Below the pieces are notes generated by a model, which ran no database searches, was not told the origin of the DNA, and saw only the letters and a list, made by a program, of their open reading frames with translations. From an uncultured Verrucomicrobiae bacterium (GTDB taxonomy: Bacteria; Verrucomicrobiota; Verrucomicrobiia; Palsa-1439): a stretch of DNA of 64,000 nt. Positions within the stretch are counted from its first letter, which is position 1. The number at the start of each line of letters is the position of its first letter. Made by a program: the position numbers and the translations under genes. The stretch lies in the NCBI GenBank assembly GCA_963812605.1, contig CAWEWF010000009.1, forward strand, positions 1 through 64,000. The letters are read 5' to 3'. Of this stretch, positions 20,509 to 32,174 are shown piece after piece.

Positions 20509-22563
20509 CTACGCTTTCGGCGCGGCCAACAGGGTCTTGGCGTGATTGTAGACGTTCTCAGCGGTAAACCCGAAGTGCTTCATCACGTCGTTGACCGGGG
20601 CGGAGGCGCCGAATCGGTCCTGGCCGACCGAGGCGCCATCCAAGCCGACGTACTTCTGCCAGCCCAGCGTCACACCGGCTTCGACCGAGAGGCGTTTGCG
20701 CACGGACGGCGGCAAGACGCGGTCCCGATATTCTTGCGGCTGGCGATCAAAAATCGCGGTTGAGGGCATGCTGACGATGCGTACTTTCACGCCTTCCGAC
20801 TTCAGTTTCTCGCCGGCCTCGACGCACCACTGCAACTCGGAGCCGGTGCCGATGAGGATGATGTCCGGTGGCCCCTGGGAATCACTGAGAATGTACGCGC
20901 CCTGTCGCAGTCCGGAGGCCGGCGCATATTTTGTGCGGTCGAGCGTCGGGACCGCCTGCCGCGTCAGCGCGAGGAGAATCGGGTGCTTCTTTTCCGCCAT
21001 CATCACGCGCCAGGCCTCGGCCACTTCGTTGGCGTCGCCGGGACGGATGACCACCATGTGCGGGATGGCGCGCAGGGACATGAGTTGCTCGACGGGCTCA
21101 TGCGTGGGGCCGTCTTCGCCGACACCGATGCTGTCGTGCGTGAACAGATGCACCATCGGTATCTCCATGACGGCGCTCAGCCGAATCGAGCCGCGCGCGT
21201 AATCGGAGAAAATCAGGAAACCGGCGCCGTACGCGCGGAGTTTGCTGAGCACCATGCCGTTGACGATGCCCGCCATCGCGTGTTCGCGCACGCCAAAATG
21301 GAAATTGCGACCGCTATACGAACCTTTCTCGAAGTCGCCGCCATCGGTAATCAAGGTCTTGGTGGACGGCGCGAGATCGGCGGCGCCCCCGATCAGCCAC
21401 GGGACATTCTTGGCGACGGCATTGAGCACTTTGTTGTTGGATATGCGTGTGGCCAGGCCTTTCGGATCGGCAGGGAAGGTCGGGATGTCCTTGTCCCAAC
21501 CGGGAGGCATCTCGCGCTCCTGCATGAGCTTCCACTCGGCGGCGAGGGCCGGCTCGGCTTGCGCGAACGCGTCAAATTTCGCCTGCCATTCTTTTTCCAG
21601 TTTGCGACCGCGCCGAAATTGTTTGTGCATGTGCTTGGCGACTTCGTCCGGCACGAGGAATTTCGCCTCGGGCGGCCACCCGTAATTTTCCTTGGCCCCG
21701 CGAACATCGGCTTCGCCGAGCGGTTCACCATGAGCCTCGTTCGTGTCCTGCTTCGTGGGCGCGCCGAACCCGATGTGGCTGTTGACCACGATGAACGACG
21801 GCTTGTCGGTCTGTTTGAGCGCCTTTTTGAAGGCGCGGTTGAGCGCCTTGAGGTCGTTGGCGTCGGCGACGTACTGGACGAACCAGCCGTAAGCCTTGAA
21901 ACGCGCCCCGACATCCTCGCTGAAGGACAGGGAGGTCTTGCCTTCGATGCTGATCTTGTTGTTGTCGTAAATCCACAGCAGTTTGTGCAGGCCGAGGTGC
22001 GCCGCGAGCGAAGCGGCCTCCGAGGCGATGCCTTCCATCATGTCACCATCACCGCCCATGGCATACGTGTGATAGTTGACGATCTCCTGCCCATCGCGGT
22101 TGAAATGTTCCGCGAGCCAACGCTCGGCGATGGCCATGCCGACGGAATTCGTGAATCCCTGCCCGAGCGGTCCGGTGGTCGTTTCCACGCCGGCGGTGAG
22201 GCCGTATTCCGGATGACCCGGCGTGCGGCTGCCCCATTGGCGGAAGCGCTCCAACTCACTCATCGGCAAATCGTAGCCGGTCAGGTGCAGCAGGCTGTAG
22301 AGCAACATCGAACCGTGCCCGCCGGACAAGACAAACCGATCGCGATTCGGCCACTGGGGATTCTCCGGGTTATGCCGCAGGAACTTCTCCCAGAGCCAAT
22401 AGCCCACGGGCGCCAGACCCATGGGCGCGCCGGGGTGGCCCGAGTTGGCCTTTTGCACAGCGTCCATCGCAAGCGTGCGGATGGTGTCGATGCAAAGCTG
22501 GTCGAGCGGCTTGGTTTGCGGGTTATCCAATGTCACCGGTATTGTCGTCGCGAGTGTTGTCAT
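20509..22563 (-). CDS. tkt: Transketolase
   Basis: [31 protein letters not shown] (ThDP motif), [22 protein letters not shown]. Confidence 0.97.
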   Translation of the reverse strand: MTTLATTIPVTLDNPQTKPLDQLCIDTIRTLAMDAVQKANSGHPGAPMGLAPVGYWLWEKFLRHNPENPQWPNRDRFVLSGGHGSMLLYSLLHLTGYDLPMSELERFRQWGSRTPGHPEYGLTAGVETTTGPLGQGFTNSVGMAIAERWLAEHFNRDGQEIVNYHTYAMGGDGDMMEGIASEAASLAAHLGLHKLLWIYDNNKISIEGKTSLSFSEDVGARFKAYGWFVQYVADANDLKALNRAFKKALKQTDKPSFIVVNSHIGFGAPTKQDTNEAHGEPLGEADVRGAKENYGWPPEAKFLVPDEVAKHMHKQFRRGRKLEKEWQAKFDAFAQAEPALAAEWKLMQEREMPPGWDKDIPTFPADPKGLATRISNNKVLNAVAKNVPWLIGGAADLAPSTKTLITDGGDFEKGSYSGRNFHFGVREHAMAGIVNGMVLSKLRAYGAGFLIFSDYARGSIRLSAVMEIPMVHLFTHDSIGVGEDGPTHEPVEQLMSLRAIPHMVVIRPGDANEVAEAWRVMMAEKKHPILLALTRQAVPTLDRTKYAPASGLRQGAYILSDSQGPPDIILIGTGSELQWCVEAGEKLKSEGVKVRIVSMPSTAIFDRQPQEYRDRVLPPSVRKRLSVEAGVTLGWQKYVGLDGASVGQDRFGASAPVNDVMKHFGFTAENVYNHAKTLLAAPKA

Positions 22564-22642
22564 GAAAATCTCCTGAATAATTGCGTGAACAGAAAGATAT
22601 TGTGCGGCAAGATGCGCAATTGCGCAAGTCTCTGTGAAGATC

Positions 22643-22792
22643 GGTGGTGTATCATTTTGCTCGAAGCCCATTTCGCGTAATTTGTAGGGCAAGCGGCTCG
22701 CTTGCCGTCGTTTATGGACATGGCAGGCGAGCCGCCTGCCCTACAATGCAGAAACGCATCGACGAAGCCCGAATTCAAACTGACACACTACC
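22643..22792 (-). mobile_element. 150-bp MITE, copy 2 (inverted relative to copy 1)
   Basis: Reverse-complement match to 4828-4977; flanked by TGAAGATC / TGAAAATC (7 of 8 match, probable target-site duplication). Confidence 0.85.
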
Positions 22793-22833
22793 TGAAAATC
22801 GACCTGCTACCCAAAATCGTTTTGGTTGGGGAG

Positions 22834-25800
22834 CTAGTCCTGCACGACGGCAACCTGCTCGCTGTCGTTCAGGAGAGCGGACGCGAGGAAGTCGCGGGTG
22901 CGACCCAGTTGCGTGACAGCTTCTTCGACGAGCGCGGCGGCATCGACGAGTTGGCCGTCGCGGGCCAGGCGTTCGAGTTTGCGCAGCGGCGGCGCGACCG
23001 CGCGCATGCCGGAGGCGATGCTGCCGCCGGCCAGCGTGTGGGCAATCTGCTCGACTTCGGTGACCGCGCCGCTGGACACGGCGCGACGCAGCGCGGCGAT
23101 TCGATTGCTGGCATCGGTAAAGTAAAGTTGGACGAGTTCGTTCATGAACCCGGTGTCGCCGTCAGCGACATTGCGTAACAATTGCATATCGACGGGCTCA
23201 TCCGTAACGACCGCCGTGACTGTTTTGAGAGGTATCGATGGCCTTCGTGAGAGCCAGTGCGCGAGCTTCGTCTGGAGTTCATCAACCTTGACCGGCTTGC
23301 TGACGTAGTCGTCCATGCCCGCGGCAAAACATTTCTCGCGATCGCCTTCCATCGCATGGGCGGTGAGAGCGATAATGGGCACACGGTTGAAGCTCTCCGG
23401 ACGCCGGCGCAATTCTGCGGTGGTTGCGTAGCCATCCATCTCGGGCATCTGGCAATCCATCAGGACAAGGTCGTACGGAATGCGCGTGAGCGCCTCCAGG
23501 ACCTCGAGGCCGTTGCCCACCGCGTCGGCGGCATAACCCATCTTGGCGAGTTGGCGCAGGATCACTTTCTGGTTCACGGGATTGTCTTCGGCTACGAGAA
23601 TGCGCGCGTTGCCCACGCGGCGTTGCCGGGGTCACAGAGGTCGGCGCGGAGGACGTATTCGCCGCCAACGCGTTGGGCGACGTCGTTATTGCCGTTGGAC
23701 ATGGCAGTGGCGAGTGCGTCGTATAGTTTCGATTGTTTGACCGGTTTGGTGAGGCAGAGCAGGATGCCCGCCTCGGTGATCGCGGCATCGTGTTCGCTCT
23801 TGCCAAGCGAGGTCATCATGACCAGCCGGGTGTCGGCCAGCGCGGGGTCGGCTTTGATGTCGCGCGCCAGTTGGAGGCCATCGGTCGTCGGCATCTGCAT
23901 ATCGAGCACCACGAGGTCGAAGGGACGGCCGGCCGCCTGCTCGCGGCGCAGCAGCGCCAACGCGTCCTCGGCGTTGCTCGCCTCGTCACTGGCGATGTCC
24001 CAGGATTTCAGTTGCAGGCGCACGATGCGGCGGTTGGTCGCGTTGTCATCGACGACGAGAACGCGGACGCCCTGTAAATCGTGCGTTGCCTTCGGGTCGG
24101 GAGCGGAGGCATTCGGCTGTTTCTCGAAGCGGGCGGTGAACCAGAAGGTCGAGCCAACACCGGGCGTGCTTTCGACGCCGATTTCGCCGCCCATCATTTC
24201 CACGAGCCGTTTCGAGATGGCGAGCCCGAGTCCCGTCCCGCCATATTTGCGCGTCGTGGAACCGTCCGCCTGGCTGAACGCCTGGAACAAGCGACGGCAT
24301 CCTTCCTCGCTGATGCCAATGCCCGTGTCCTGCACTGTGAAGCGCACGGTCACCTCCCGATCCGTCTCGGCGTAGCGGACGGCGCGGACGACGACCTCGC
24401 CATGCTCGGTGAACTTGATGGCGTTGGAAACGAGGTTTATCAATACCTGCCGCAACCGTCCCGGGTCGCCCCGCAACGATGTCAGCACGTCCTGGTGCAC
24501 CAGCGAGACAAGTTCCAGCCGCTTGTTCTGGGCGCGCTCGGCCACCAATTCGACGGCGCTTTCGACCGCGGAACGCAGGTCGAGGTCGATTGTTTCGAAC
24601 GCCAGCTTGCCGGCCTCGATCTTGGAGAGGTCGAGGATGTCATTGATGAGCGTGAGCAACGTATCGCCGCAGGTGCGGATGGTGTCCACGAACTCATGTT
24701 GCTCGGCGTTCAGCGGCGAGTCGAGCAGCAGACCCGTCATGCCGATGATGCCGTTCATCGGGGTGCGGATTTCATGGCTCATGTTGGCGAGAAATTCCGC
24801 TTTCAGCCGCGCGGATTCCAGCGCCACGTCGCGAGCAGCCGCGAGCTCGGCGGCCTGGCGCTTGCGCTCGGTGATGTCCTGGATTTGCGAGATGAAATGC
24901 AGCGGCTGGCCATCGGCATCGCGCACGAGTGACACATTGAGCTGGATCCACACCGGGTGGCCCTCCTTGTGGATATAGCGTTTCTCCATCTCATAGGCGT
25001 CGATTTCTCCCGCCAGCATTTTTCGGACGTTGTCCAGGTCTTCTTCCAAGTCGCTGGGATGGGTGATGGATTGGAAATTCGTGGCGAGCAATTCGGCTTC
25101 ACAGTAGCCGACGATCCTGCAGAGCGCCCGGTTCACACGGAGCCAGCGGCCGTCGGGCGCCACCAGGGCCATGCCGATTGCGGCATATTCCATGGAGCTG
25201 CGGAAGCGCTTCTCACTGCGGCGCAACTCTTCCTCAGCGCGTTTGCGCTCGGCATTCTCGTTCGTCAATTCCAGCGTCCGTTCGGCGACCTTGTTTTCGA
25301 TGTTCGCATTGACCGCTTCCAATTCCGCCTGGCGTTCGGCCACGCCAAGCATTTCCGTCAGGTTCTGACGAATCGAGAGCAGGAGGAAAGCGTCTTCGAA
25401 CAGCACCCAGCCGGCGTGTTCAACCCAGCGCCAGTGGCTGGCAGTGAGAACGCCAAAGACGGATTGCGGCCAGAACATTCCGCGGGCGAAATGGTCCGCG
25501 GCCACGACGATCGTGGCGGTGAGCATGACCTTCCAGTCGCGGTAAAAAGCCAGGAACGCCAGGGAACCAAATACATGAAAATGCGTCTCGATACGCCCGC
25601 CGGTCAGGTGAATTAACAAGGCGGAAGTCAACATCTGGCCGACGGCGATGACGTGGCGGGTCAATATTTTCCCCGGCTGGGTGAGCGCCAGGAAAATGGG
25701 GAAACCCGAAATAGCGCCGCCCAGCAGCAAGGCCGCCCAGACGTGTACGTGGATGGAGCTGGTCTGCCCGACCCACGCTTTGGGGGAAATCCACAGGGCA

Positions 25801-25952
25801 GCGATGACGCCCGCGATCCACTGGAAAGCCATCAGCGCGGCAAACATGCGGTCGGTGCGTTTGTGAAGCTGTTGCTGGCTCTTTTCAAAGAGTTCGCGAG
25901 TGCGCGATCGGGTGGGTTCGCTATGCTCAATCGATTTGGTCGAGTCCATCAT
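22834..25952 (-). CDS. Membrane hybrid histidine kinase: TM sensor-PAS-HisKA-HATPase-REC-REC-Hpt (frameshift near 23640)
   Basis: Multi-TM N-terminus ([11 protein letters not shown]), PAS (THPSD, EKRY), [23 protein letters not shown], two receivers (VLDMQMP, LMDCQMP), Hpt AHTLAG. Confidence 0.9.
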
Positions 25953-26569
25953 TTTACTCCGTCCGTGGGTTTTGATTCAGGCTTGAGAATGAGGCAACCG
26001 TATACCGGGGTCTGGACGAGCGTAGGCGTCTTGCCGTGCAGCAAGGCCGTAATCGCCTCGCGCCCGTCATTGTCGCCCGCGTGCCCGCGCGAGGCCGTGA
26101 TTCCGCCATCGAAAATCAGTTGTCCCTGCGGGTCGTACAGCGCCGTGTGACCGGAAGTTTCGGCATGGAACAGCCGGGCTTCCCGTCCATCTTCATCGGC
26201 TTGAACGGTCACGCCGGGGATGATGGCCGCGGCTTTCCAGAGATCGGAATGGGTCCAATCCTCGCGAGATCCGGTGGGTCGAAAAAACACAACCTGGGCT
26301 TTGACGAGCCCCTGGCAGTGCGCCATCAGGGCGGCCAACTCGCCCACGCTGGCGCTGGTGCAGGCGCATTGCGGGTGGACAAACATGACGAGGGTCGGCT
26401 GCCCGTTCGCGCGCGGGATCGCGGTTGTGGCCGGCCAGTGAGCGGGAGGCGTTGGATCCGGGTTCGGGGTGTTGCTGTATTTCCAGAGCATCCCCGTTCC
26501 CAACCCGACGACGGACAACCAGAGCAGACTGACGACAATCTGGATCCGTTGACGGGTGGTCGAACTCAT
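25949..26569 (-). CDS. RedB-like membrane-anchored thioredoxin-fold protein
   Basis: N-terminal TM helix, [35 protein letters not shown]; 4-bp overlaps with both neighbours. Confidence 0.7.
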   Translation of the reverse strand: MSSTTRQRIQIVVSLLWLSVVGLGTGMLWKYSNTPNPDPTPPAHWPATTAIPRANGQPTLVMFVHPQCACTSASVGELAALMAHCQGLVKAQVVFFRPTGSREDWTHSDLWKAAAIIPGVTVQADEDGREARLFHAETSGHTALYDPQGQLIFDGGITASRGHAGDNDGREAITALLHGKTPTLVQTPVYGCLILKPESKPTDGVK

Positions 26570-27165
26570 GGATGGCTTTCCTGCAATTGGGCATCCGCTT
26601 TCTTCCGCAAGACGGCCTCAATCTGCGGTATGGTGATCTTTTCATAGCAGTCGGGACAAATCCCGTGGCTGAAGTCGGTGCCGGTGTACTGGTGGATATA
26701 CTCCTCGATGATCTTCCAGTAATTCTGGTCGTCGCGGATTTTTTTGCAGTACATGCAAATGGGCAGGAGCTCTTTTAGTTGCCGCACCTGTGTGGCAAAC
26801 CCGAGGATGCGTTCCGCCACCCGCAACCGGATTTCCAATTCTTCGCGGTTCAGCGGCTTGGTCAGGAAATCGTCCACACCCGCGGCCATGGCTTCGCGGT
26901 GGTTCTCGTCGCCCTCGCGCGCGGTCAAGAGGACGAAGTAAATGTAATTAGCGTCGCCCCGCTCGCGAAGGCGGCGGCACAAATCCAGCCCATTCATCTC
27001 CGGCATCATCCAGTCGCTGACCACGATGCGGATCGGCTCTTGCTGGAGAATCGTCCACGCTTCAGAGCCATTGCTGGCTTCGGACACGGCATGACCGAGC
27101 CGGGTCAGGTTTCGGTGCAGAATCTTCCGGGACACATTATCGTCTTCGGCTACGAGTATCTTCAT
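26566..27165 (-). CDS. Response regulator with C-terminal Cys-rich domain
   Basis: ILVAEDD, SDWMMP, DDFLTKP; tail LPICMYCKKIRD...FSHGICPDC. Confidence 0.88.
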   Translation of the reverse strand: MKILVAEDDNVSRKILHRNLTRLGHAVSEASNGSEAWTILQQEPIRIVVSDWMMPEMNGLDLCRRLRERGDANYIYFVLLTAREGDENHREAMAAGVDDFLTKPLNREELEIRLRVAERILGFATQVRQLKELLPICMYCKKIRDDQNYWKIIEEYIHQYTGTDFSHGICPDCYEKITIPQIEAVLRKKADAQLQESHP

Positions 27166-27383
27166 AATAAGTTCGCCCCGAGGTAAATGAAGCACTTTAT
27201 GTGCGCAAAACAGTCAGCAGCCGCTAAATTTGTGGTAAGCAATTGTCCTTCAATCAGTTTAAACATACGAATTTCACCGAATCGCTCTCGCCGTTCCTTC
27301 GCTTTTCTTACCAGTAAAGGAGAGGGAGATGATGGCGCGGCTGTGGTCTTGGATGAGCGGGCACGGGTGGTTACAATCCATCC

Positions 27384-27959
27384 ATGCTTGAGCCTGAACT
27401 TGTGCTGAATGCGTATCGGCGCGGCATCTTCCCGATGGCCGTCGACAAACGTGGTCGCATCGGGTGGTTTTCACCCGACCCGCGCGCGGTCATTCCCCTG
27501 AACGAACGGTTCCACATTCCGCATGGATTGCGGCGCGTTTGGCAGCGGAAAAAATTCGCGATCACTTTCGACGCCGACTTTCCAACTGTCATTCAGGAGT
27601 GTGGCCGGCGCAAGGAAGGCACGTGGATTTCGCCGGGGATCAGCCAGTGCTATTGCCAATTGCACCAGCTCGGCCACGCGCACAGTGTGGAAACGCGTTT
27701 GCAAGGCAAGCTTGTCGGTGGCTTATACGGGGTGGCATTGGGCGGCGCGTTCTTCGGGGAGAGTATGTTTCATCGTGTGCCCGACGCCTCGAAGGTCGCG
27801 CTCGTGGCCCTGGTGGAACGCCTGCGCGCCAGCGGTTTTGTGTTGCTGGACACGCAATGGACCACGCCGCACCTGCAACAGTTCGGCACTTCTGAAATCC
27901 CGCGGCACGAGTATCTCTGGCGCCTCGAACACGCCTTGAAGCTGGAGTGTACATTTTGA
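27384..27959 (+). CDS. aat: Leucyl/phenylalanyl-tRNA--protein transferase
   Basis: AYRRGIFPM, WFSPDPR, AHSVE, LVGGLYGV, FFGESMF, DASKVAL, LLDTQ. Confidence 0.95.
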   Translation: MLEPELVLNAYRRGIFPMAVDKRGRIGWFSPDPRAVIPLNERFHIPHGLRRVWQRKKFAITFDADFPTVIQECGRRKEGTWISPGISQCYCQLHQLGHAHSVETRLQGKLVGGLYGVALGGAFFGESMFHRVPDASKVALVALVERLRASGFVLLDTQWTTPHLQQFGTSEIPRHEYLWRLEHALKLECTF

Positions 27960-28052
27960 GCTTCGCCCTAGGAGCGCGGCAATCGCCAGAGCACTTGAAT
28001 CCAAGGGCTCAGCTGGCAATCATGGCAATTCGATGATAGAGAATTACCGGTT

Positions 28053-28268
28053 GTGAATGACATCGGCAAAGCTTTGATCGGGATTGGGATTGCGCTGGTG
28101 GTGCTCGGGGCGTTGTTTTGGCTCGGGGACAAGTTGCCGTGGTTCGGGCGCTTGCCGGGGGACATCGATATCAAGCGCGAGAACTTCCGGTTTTATTTTC
28201 CGCTGACCACCTGCCTGTTTGTCAGCCTTGTAGTGACGCTGCTTTTCTGGTTGGTGCGCAGGCGCTAG
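28053..28268 (+). CDS. DUF2905 family membrane protein
   Basis: Two TM helices flanking GRLPGDI...FYFPLTT. Confidence 0.85.
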   Translation: MNDIGKALIGIGIALVVLGALFWLGDKLPWFGRLPGDIDIKRENFRFYFPLTTCLFVSLVVTLLFWLVRRR

Positions 28269-28277
28269 CAATTCCGC

Positions 28278-29270
28278 ATGAAGACCGCCGATTTTGATTA
28301 TCATTTGCCACCGGAGTTGATCGCGCAACAGCCGCTGGCCGACCGGGCGGCGTCGCGGATGATGGTCGTCAATCGGGCGACCGGCGAAATCCGCCACGAC
28401 CATTTCCGCAATCTCGGCCAACACCTCCGCGCCGGCGATTTGTTGGTGCTCAACGACACGAAAGTCATTCCGGCGCGCATCTGGTCGCGCGAGCCCGAAG
28501 TCGAATTATTGCTTGTCGAGAAACTGGGCGTCGACCGCTGGTCCGCGCTGGTGAAACCGGGTAAGCGAGCGAAGGTAGGCGCGACGTTGCGATTTGAAGA
28601 TGGCGTGAGCGCCATCGTTGAAGGCGAGACGGAATTTGGCGGTCGGATACTGCGTTTCACGGACGACGTGGAAGCCTACCTCGCCGCGCATGGCGTCACG
28701 CCGCTTCCGCCGTACATCAAACGGACGTCCCAACCGGTTGACGCGGACCGCGAACGTTACCAAACGGTTTTTGCGCGGGAGCCGGGAGCGGTGGCCGCGC
28801 CGACAGCGGGACTGCATTTTACGCCCGAACTGCTTGCACAGTTACAAGCGTCGGGCATCGGCCATACGTTTATCACCTTGCATGTCGGCGTCGGCACATT
28901 TCGGCCGGTGAAGGTCGAGAACGTCGAGGAGCATCGGATGCACGCCGAGAAGTTTTCCATTTCGGCTGCGGCGGCCAGGGCCATCGGGGAAGCTCAGCGC
29001 GTTGTGGCGGTGGGGACTACGGTGGTGCGGACATTGGAGTCGTGCGACAAGGTGGAAGAGTGTGAGGGTGCCAGCGATATTTTTATCCGGCCCCCGCACG
29101 CGTTTCGTTTTGTGGATGTGTTGCTGACCAACTTCCATTTGCCGCGCTCGACGCTGCTGATGCTGGTGAGCGCGTTCGCGTCGCGGGAGTTGATTCTGCA
29201 GGCGTACGAGGAGGCGGTGCGCGAGCGGTACCGGTTTTTCAGTTATGGCGACTGCATGCTGATTCTGTAA
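28278..29270 (+). CDS. queA: S-adenosylmethionine:tRNA ribosyltransferase-isomerase
   Basis: DFDYHLPPELIAQ, NDTKVIPAR, PLPPYI, AAPTAGLHF, TNFHLPRSTL, YRFFSYGD. Confidence 0.97.
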   Translation: MKTADFDYHLPPELIAQQPLADRAASRMMVVNRATGEIRHDHFRNLGQHLRAGDLLVLNDTKVIPARIWSREPEVELLLVEKLGVDRWSALVKPGKRAKVGATLRFEDGVSAIVEGETEFGGRILRFTDDVEAYLAAHGVTPLPPYIKRTSQPVDADRERYQTVFAREPGAVAAPTAGLHFTPELLAQLQASGIGHTFITLHVGVGTFRPVKVENVEEHRMHAEKFSISAAAARAIGEAQRVVAVGTTVVRTLESCDKVEECEGASDIFIRPPHAFRFVDVLLTNFHLPRSTLLMLVSAFASRELILQAYEEAVRERYRFFSYGDCMLIL

Positions 29271-29330
29271 GCGGTTCATCCAGCGGCGTGACCGGGCTCG
29301 TTCGCAGGATTCGGCGGTCGTCCAACGACG

Positions 29331-29400
29331 GTGTAGCCGCGCCTCTGTGAGGCGTGTTTGCCCGGTCCGTTCCCCCACGGCTCGCAGAGCCGTGGCTACA
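29331..29400. repeat. REP doublet between convergent queA and terC
   Basis: GTAGCCGCGCCTCTGTGAGGCG ... CACGGCTCGCAGAGCCGTGGCTACA, inverted pair with GTAG/CTAC ends. Confidence 0.7.
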
Positions 29401-29421
29401 CGCCAAGCCGGTTGATGTGAG

Positions 29422-30336
29422 TTATGACGCCTTGGGCCAGATCAGCGAAGCGATCACCGACAGCGCGAGGATGGATGCCACGACGCCAAGTGCGATGCCG
29501 ATGGGGATCTCAACGAAATGCCCGAGCAGCATCTTTACGCCGACGAAAACGAGGATAACGGACAATCCATAATGCAGGTGGTGAAACAAATCCATCGCGC
29601 CCTTCAGGGCAAAGAACATCGCGCGCAGCCCGAGGATGGCGAAGACATTGGATGTGTAGACGATGAACCGATCCCGCGTAATCGCCAGCACCGCGGGGAT
29701 CGAATCCACGGCAAAAATCAAATCCGTCGTCTCCACGACCAGCAAGACCAACAGGAGCGGCGTTGCCAGCGTCCGTCCGTCACGTCGCACCAGGAACCTG
29801 CTGCCCTCGAATTCCGGCGTCACGGGCATGAGCTTGCGAACCAGCTTCAAGACGGGATTTTGGTCGGGATTGATTTTCTTTTCCTTTTCCAGCGCCATTT
29901 TCACACCGCTGAAGATCAGGATGGCGCCGAAGATGTAGATCACCCATTCAAACCGCTCAATCAATGCCACGCCGGTGAAAATGAAGAGCAGACGGAGAAC
30001 CATCGCCCCGAGGATGCCCCAAAACAGCACGCCGTGCTGGAGCGGGGTCGGGACGGCAAAGTACGAAAATATCAGGAGGAACACGAACAGATTGTCGACA
30101 CTCAGGGATTCCTCGATGATGTAGCCCGTCAGGAATTGCAGCGCCGTGCCCGTGCCGCGCTTGTACGCGACCAGCGCCGCAAACGCCAGGGCCAGCGCGA
30201 TCCATACAGCGCTCCATGCGACCGCTTCGTTGAACTTAACTTCGTGCTTTCGCCGGTGTACCACGCCGAGATCAAGCGCCAGCATTCCCAGCACAAACGC
30301 ATTGAATAACACCCACTTCCAGATCGGTCCCGGCAT
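29422..30336 (-). CDS. TerC/Alx family membrane protein
   Basis: EESLSVDNLFVF, ETTDLIFAVDSIPAV, TSNVFAILGLR. Confidence 0.93.
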   Translation of the reverse strand: MPGPIWKWVLFNAFVLGMLALDLGVVHRRKHEVKFNEAVAWSAVWIALALAFAALVAYKRGTGTALQFLTGYIIEESLSVDNLFVFLLIFSYFAVPTPLQHGVLFWGILGAMVLRLLFIFTGVALIERFEWVIYIFGAILIFSGVKMALEKEKKINPDQNPVLKLVRKLMPVTPEFEGSRFLVRRDGRTLATPLLLVLLVVETTDLIFAVDSIPAVLAITRDRFIVYTSNVFAILGLRAMFFALKGAMDLFHHLHYGLSVILVFVGVKMLLGHFVEIPIGIALGVVASILALSVIASLIWPKAS

Positions 30337-30389
30337 AAGCGCAGATTGTGCTGGCCGTCTCCGGCGTCGTCAACGAAAAGCGGCTGGCG

Positions 30390-30560
30390 GTTGTTTCGGC
30401 GAGAGCTGAAATGTGCGGATGTCCCACGCGCCAATGGCCAGGTGAAGCAGATCGACTTCCGGTGCAGGGATTCGTTGCCGATGGATACAGGCGGACGACG
30501 AGATTGCCGGACTGTCGTCCGCCGTCTTTAGCGCGGTCAGGAGGACCGTTGGCGGTTTAG
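30390..30560 (-). pseudogene. Degraded fragment resembling a GH38 alpha-mannosidase C-terminus
   Basis: VLLTALKTADD / (shift) NLVVRLY / (shift) EVDLL...WDIRTFQL. Confidence 0.4.
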
Positions 30561-30650
30561 GCAAACGAGGAAACACTTTGGAGCGACAACGTGGCAAAAA
30601 ATCCGGATGCCTGGGTGGCGCACAGCAACCTCGGGGTCGTTCTGATCCGG
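30552..30650 (+). pseudogene. Fragment of a TMTC-like TPR protein
   Basis: [30 protein letters not shown]; W-to-stop at 30558; no start codon or upstream coding part. Confidence 0.55.
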
Positions 30651-30677
30651 GTTGAACCGGCAAAATTCTGCGGACTG

Positions 30678-32159
30678 TCAGGGCAGGTCGGTTTGACCCA
30701 TCAGATAGCGGTCGCACTCGCGGGCGGCGCCCCGGCCTTCATTGAAGGCCCAGACCACCAGGCTTTGGCCGCGCCGGCAGTCACCGGCGGCAAAGACGCC
30801 AGGGAGACTGGTCGTATAGGAGCCGTGGTGTGCTTTCACGTTGGAACGTTCGTCGCGATCGACACCCAATTGCTGGAGCAACGGGTCTTCCGGGCCAAGA
30901 AAGCCCATGGCGAGCAGCGCGAGTTGGCAGGGCACGATCTTTTCCGTGCCGGCGATCTCCTTGGGCACGAACCGGCCCTTCTCATCCTTTTGCCATTCGA
31001 TCTGGACGATTTCCACTTCCTTCAGGTGGCCGCGCTCGTCGCCAATGAAACGTCTCGCGGTCATGCAATAGACACGCGGATCATCCCCGAACACCGCTTC
31101 GGCCTCTTCCTGGCCGTAATCCAGTTTGTAAACCTTCGGCCACTCGGGCCACGGGTTGTTCGCGGCGCGCTCAAGGGGCGGTTTCGGCAGAATCTCAAGC
31201 TGGACGAGGCTCCGGCAACCGTGGCGCATCGAGGTGCCAACGCAATCGGTGCCGGTGTCCCCGCCGCCGATGACCATGACGTCCTTGTCCTCGGCGGAGA
31301 TGAAGCCGCCGTTGCGATGGCCGCTGAGCACGCTCTGCGTGTTGGCGGTGAGAAATTCCATCGCGAAATGCACGCCATGAAGCGAGCGGCCCGGAATTGG
31401 CAGGTCGCGCGGCTTGGTGGCGCCGGTGCAAAGGACGACGGCCTCAAATTCCTCCAGGAGTTTTTTCGCCGGATAGTTCTTTCCGACCTCGGTGTTGGTG
31501 AGGAATTCCACGCCTTCCTGCGCGAGCAGGTCGATCCGGCGCTGCACGAGGCCCTTGTCGAGTTTCATGTTGGGAATACCGTACATCAGCAACCCGCCGA
31601 TACGGTCGGCCCGCTCGAAAACGGTCACCGTATGGCCGGCGCGGTTGAGTTGCGCCGCGGCACAGAGACCAGCAGGCCCGGAGCCGATGACCGCGACGCG
31701 TTTGCCGGTGCGCGCCTTCGGCGGCTCGGCGGTGACCCAGCCTTCGTCCCAGCCGCGGTCAATAATCGCCACCTCGATATTCTTGATCGTGACGGCCGGC
31801 TCGTTGATGCCGAGCACGCACGAGCCCTCACAAGGAGCGGGGCAGACGCGGCCGGTGAATTCGGGAAAATTATTGGTCTTGTGCAGCCGCGCGAGCGCTT
31901 CTTTCCAAAGTCCGCGATAGACGAGATCGTTCCACTCGGGAATCAGGTTGTTGATCGGGCATCCCGACGCCATGCCGCTCAGCAGGGTGCCGGTGTGGCA
32001 GAAGGGGACGCCGCAATCCATGCAGCGCGCGCCCTGTTCCTGGAGCTTCTCCAGGGGCAAGTGGAGATGAAATTCCTTCCAGTCACGAATTCGCTCCTGC
32101 GAGGGACGGTCCGCCGGCAGCTCGCGTTTGATTTCCAGGAATCCGGTTGGTTTGCCCAT
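30678..32159 (-). CDS. gltD: Glutamate synthase small subunit
   Basis: [52 protein letters not shown]. Confidence 0.97.
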   Translation of the reverse strand: MGKPTGFLEIKRELPADRPSQERIRDWKEFHLHLPLEKLQEQGARCMDCGVPFCHTGTLLSGMASGCPINNLIPEWNDLVYRGLWKEALARLHKTNNFPEFTGRVCPAPCEGSCVLGINEPAVTIKNIEVAIIDRGWDEGWVTAEPPKARTGKRVAVIGSGPAGLCAAAQLNRAGHTVTVFERADRIGGLLMYGIPNMKLDKGLVQRRIDLLAQEGVEFLTNTEVGKNYPAKKLLEEFEAVVLCTGATKPRDLPIPGRSLHGVHFAMEFLTANTQSVLSGHRNGGFISAEDKDVMVIGGGDTGTDCVGTSMRHGCRSLVQLEILPKPPLERAANNPWPEWPKVYKLDYGQEEAEAVFGDDPRVYCMTARRFIGDERGHLKEVEIVQIEWQKDEKGRFVPKEIAGTEKIVPCQLALLAMGFLGPEDPLLQQLGVDRDERSNVKAHHGSYTTSLPGVFAAGDCRRGQSLVVWAFNEGRGAARECDRYLMGQTDLP

Positions 32160-32174
32160 GCTTTCTATCTCAAA

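Noticed and set aside
30337-30480. yybP-ykoY Mn2+ riboswitch upstream of terC
   Set aside because: The GGGGAGUA and related conserved segments are not seen on the coding strand.
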